Shown here one piece after another: positions 46,580-49,462 of a stretch of 49,462 bases of DNA. How positions within the stretch are numbered: the first letter of the stretch is position 1; each line of letters starts with the position of its first letter. Position numbers and translations under genes: made by a program. The DNA is from Sumerlaeia bacterium (GTDB lineage Bacteria; Sumerlaeota; Sumerlaeia; SLMS01; JAHLLQ01). Location of the stretch: the NCBI GenBank assembly GCA_040219255.1, contig JAVJSW010000078.1:1-49462 (forward strand), in the 5' to 3' direction. The notes below the pieces were generated by a model that was not told where the DNA came from, searched no databases, and saw nothing but the letters and a program-made list of their open reading frames with translations.

Positions 46580-47334
46580 CGTTCGCCGCCCTCGCGTTCC
46601 TGGCGGCGGAAGAAGAACGCGTGCAGGCTTTGGGGCGTCCAGTCCTCCCCGTCCCCGCGGAAGAGCCCCGCCTCATTGAGGTGGGCGGCCGTTTCCCGCC
46701 AGGTGGCCTTTGGGTTTTCGGCGCGGTAAGTGCGCACCTCGGCGAGCGCGTCGCTCGCCATCTCCTCGCGCGACTTCGGCTCCGGGAGGTCGTCCGTCGC
46801 GGTGGCCTTGGCCGCCTCGTCGAACTTCCCGGCCAGGTAGAGAGCGCGTTCCACCGGGCAAAGGCCCAGCTCCACAATCTCTGCGCCGCCCTTGCCCCGC
46901 CGCCTGCTTCGCACGACGCCTGGGATGTCGGGGGCCCCCCGCCGGTTCTCGATGAAGGGGAAGAAGGCCAGCAGTTCGTTGCCGCCGCGGCGCAAGACCT
47001 CCTCCTCCGCCTTGGCGAGGCTCAGCGGGCCGCCCGCTTCGGCGAGGATGCCAATGAGGACACTCTCCGCCCACTTGCGCTTTCGCTCGGCGGCGACGTA
47101 GCGCTTGAGCTCGGCCAATCCGCCGGGCTCGGGGTGAGCCGTCTCGGCCTGGAAATCGAAGCGAACGAAGCCCTTGAGGTGGAAGTGCTGCGACTCCGCC
47201 AGGTCTCCCTCGGGGGCCTGGAGCTGCCCGCGATAATACGAGCGAAAGAGCGCCTCGTAGTCGGCCAGGGAAATGCCGGGACGCTTGGCCGTGATCGAGA
47301 CGGCCAGGAGGCTGATGTGGTCGGCGACGGCCAT
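46576..47334 (-). CDS. hypothetical protein with C-terminal recombinase-like winged helix
   Basis: WRETAAHLNEAG....G..WT..SL. Confidence 0.6.
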   Translation of the reverse strand: MAVADHISLLAVSITAKRPGISLADYEALFRSYYRGQLQAPEGDLAESQHFHLKGFVRFDFQAETAHPEPGGLAELKRYVAAERKRKWAESVLIGILAEAGGPLSLAKAEEEVLRRGGNELLAFFPFIENRRGAPDIPGVVRSRRRGKGGAEIVELGLCPVERALYLAGKFDEAAKATATDDLPEPKSREEMASDALAEVRTYRAENPKATWRETAAHLNEAGLFRGDGEDWTPQSLHAFFFRRQEREGGER

Positions 47335-48563
47335 CAGGCGGCCTCCTCCCCCGACGACACGTCCGCGGCGCCCTTCGCCTCGGCCAGCTTGATCGGCATG
47401 ATGATGCGCTCGACCCGCTCGTCGCTCTCAACGAGCAGGATCGGCGAGGTGTTGCTCTGGATCCTCATGGTGAGCGCCTCGGAACCGTTCGCGCGGACGC
47501 GGCGAAGGCTTTCCAGGAGGAACTTGACGTTCATCGCGACCTCGAGCGCCTCGACAGGATCGTTGCTCTGGAAATCGCAGGAGCCCTCGAAGGCGCCGAC
47601 GTCGGCGGACATGGAGGTGATTGAAACCGCCGTGGCCCCGGGCTCGAAATTCATGATCACCGACTGGTTGGTGTCATTGGCGAGCGTGACCGCCTGTTTG
47701 ACCACCGATTCAAGGCCCCCCGCGTCAAAGGTGATGGAGGCGGAGAACTCCCTCGGAATGACCTGGTCGCAATCCGGGTATTTCCCTTCGAGCAGGGAGC
47801 CCGTGAGGCTCCACGCCCCATAGGAAATGACGGCGCGGCGCTCGTAGAGCTCAAGCGTGACATTTTCGGTATTCGCCATCCTGGCGATTTTTGCCACATT
47901 GTCAGAAAACGCCGGCGGCAGCGTGGCTTTGCGGTGCACGTCGGCGGGCACGTTTAGCTGATCCTTTTGCCGATAAGAGCGGGCGAGCCGCTTTCCGTCC
48001 GTGGCCGTCAACATGACCCGCCGGCCGTCGCCGAGGCCGGTGTCCAAGTTGACCCCCAGTAGAACGCGTCGGTGATCGGACGCGGGGCGGGCGTAGAGCA
48101 CGTCCGAGAGCCAGTCGTCGAGCTGATTGCCCGGCAGAGTGAAACCCAGCACCCGATTGCCGAGCGGTGCCTGGCTCGGCATGTCCTCGGCGGGCATTCC
48201 GAGCAGCTTGAAGCGCGAGCGGCCGCTCACGATCTTGGCGTTGGCGGGCGTGGTGGCGTCGCTTTCGATCACGACGTCGCGGCCATCGGGAAGGCTGGCC
48301 AGGATCGACCGGAGCTTGGCGGCCGGCAGGGCGGCGGAACCCTTCGGCGGGCTCTGCGCCTTGATCCGGCAGGAAAAGCTGTCGTCCATCGTGGAGGCCT
48401 TGATCAGGACCTCGCCGGTGTCGGGGATGGACTCGAGAATAACGCACTTGAGAATGGGCAGGGTTTGACTTACCTTCGCCACAAGCGACTCCGCAAATCC
48501 GATGGCGTGTCGGAGTTCGGGGAGCGCAAAGGCGAAGGAGAATCCTTGAGGCGATAAGGCCAT
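47334..48563 (-). CDS. dnaN: DNA polymerase III beta sliding clamp
   Basis: TLPILK; ATDGKRLA; LLEGKYP....IP; IIMPI. Start 48563 after SD GGAG. Confidence 0.95.
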   Translation of the reverse strand: MALSPQGFSFAFALPELRHAIGFAESLVAKVSQTLPILKCVILESIPDTGEVLIKASTMDDSFSCRIKAQSPPKGSAALPAAKLRSILASLPDGRDVVIESDATTPANAKIVSGRSRFKLLGMPAEDMPSQAPLGNRVLGFTLPGNQLDDWLSDVLYARPASDHRRVLLGVNLDTGLGDGRRVMLTATDGKRLARSYRQKDQLNVPADVHRKATLPPAFSDNVAKIARMANTENVTLELYERRAVISYGAWSLTGSLLEGKYPDCDQVIPREFSASITFDAGGLESVVKQAVTLANDTNQSVIMNFEPGATAVSITSMSADVGAFEGSCDFQSNDPVEALEVAMNVKFLLESLRRVRANGSEALTMRIQSNTSPILLVESDERVERIIMPIKLAEAKGAADVSSGEEAA

Positions 48564-48732
48564 GTTCGTTCTCCATCGGGGGTAGTGGTGGTGTTCGGGT
48601 GGCGCGGCGCCGCGTCTGTGATTGTATGGAGTGGCGCCAACGGAGAAACCGTTGCAAAAGTGTATCGACCGCTCAACCAAAAACCGGCATTTCTTGGCCG
48701 TTCTTTTTCTCGTTGAAAAGTCTAGGCTTACG

Positions 48733-49175
48733 AGGCCCCCCGCGCACCAACCTCCGCGGCGAGGAGGCGCGCAAGCCGGGTGAAGCGGTCACGCTCCTGC
48801 AAGCCCTGCGACTGCGGCTGCCCAATCGGGCAAAACGCTTCCAGAATATAGTGGTGACTCCGACGGTCTAAATCACGTAAGTCGAAGCATACCAATGAGT
48901 GTGCGCGCGTTACTGCGGAGGTTGGGTTAGCTCTCAGACTACGCAGCTCCGGTAGAAGGGTATCTGTGGCGAGGCCTGCCTGATCAACCGCTCCCTAGGC
49001 ACTGCCGGGCCCCGGCTGGCTGAGAAAGTGGTCACGGCGAGGGCATAGCCGATGCAGATACCCTACCTGGAAGACGAGCTCGAGCTTTGGCACCGGATCG
49101 GACCTGAACAATCTGGGCCGCTGCGTCCGCGATATTGAAACCTGGGCCGTGGCTCAGCGCCTTCGGGCGGGCCGG
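48733..49175 (+). ncRNA. candidate large structured non-coding RNA, unclassified
   Basis: Nested helices 48747-59/48913-25, 48767-73/48902-08, 48782-87/48836-41, 48948-67/49054-71; cUUCGg hairpin 49158-69; G-U pairs favour the + strand; no credible ORF. Confidence 0.65.
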
Positions 49176-49202
49176 AACCGCTCCTGAAGCTCCCAAACAC
49201 GA

Positions 49203-49462
49203 TCAGGAGCGTTCCTGGCCTTCGCGCTTTACCCCCAAGATGGAATCGGAAGCCTTTTGCGCCTGGCTGGCGGCGAAGACGGCGACCTTGGCGTCGGCCC
49301 GCAGGACCTGGATCCAGTTGGCCAGGTAGGCGGCCGAATTCTCCATGAGCGGGGGCACATCGATGCCGGCGCGGCCGCAAAGAAAAGCCGATCCCATCTC
49401 GGCCACCAGCTCCTCGCGGGCGTAGGAGGGGCTTCCGAAGGGGGCCGCTTCGGTCACGCCCG
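49203..49462 (-). CDS. ardC: ArdC-like antirestriction protein, C-terminal zincin domain (5' part outside the window)
   Basis: FGS..YAREELVAEMGSAFLC..NSAAYLANWIQVL..D.....AASQAQKA. Confidence 0.88.
   Translation of the reverse strand, partial: GVTEAAPFGSPSYAREELVAEMGSAFLCGRAGIDVPPLMENSAAYLANWIQVLRADAKVAVFAASQAQKASDSILGVKREGQERS

Noticed and set aside
46576-47334. Serine integrase call
   Set aside because: Only a short recombinase-like winged helix is present; no catalytic resolvase domain.
48840-48945. Group I intron-like words (AGAATATAGT, TCAGACTA) and group II-like GTGCG
   Set aside because: The R/S elements are in the wrong order and cannot form P7; no domain V; no interrupted gene.
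48747-49086. HEARO/omegaRNA identity for the structured region
   Set aside because: Only a loose resemblance (long first stem, CTACG, possible pseudoknot); no IscB/IsrB PLMP ORF follows.

Overview
GC-rich window that is almost entirely a large tailed-phage (myovirus-like) genome or prophage segment, with nearly all genes on the minus strand. Left to right: (1) the trailer end of a type I-C-like CRISPR array (32-bp repeat ATTCGCCTTCCTGCGAAGGCGTGGATTGAAAC; 17 full repeats plus 1 partial, 17 spacers; no cas genes in the window); (2) three small paralogous ORFs, a TGT-capped transposon-end-like repeat cluster and a truncated DUF3850/ASCH gene marking a junction near 2395; (3) accessory genes: DUF5131, DUF932-like, a lone + strand trypsin-like protease, and an amidoligase/GATase-II/GGCT triad; (4) virion module: tube, sheath, neck, major capsid, decoration, protease-scaffold, a 1087-aa MuF-ParB-kinase-ART fusion, portal; (5) a ParB + ABC-ATPase/GNAT + formyltransferase cassette (candidate DNA modification); (6) primase block, terminase subunits and a sigma-region-2/Mor-like fusion regulator; (7) replication and nucleotide metabolism: nrdJ, dnaB, initiator, ssb, ASCH, MazG-like, dcd, thyX, dnaN; (8) a ~440-nt intergenic region with extensive nested base-pairing (candidate unclassified large structured RNA) and the 3' end of an ardC-like gene. 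The strongest unexplained signals are that candidate RNA, a CCGAAACACCAC leader motif in front of more than 10 genes, the multi-effector MuF protein and the acyl/formyl-transferase cassette. All calls are by-eye motif recognition; no searches or folding programs were run.
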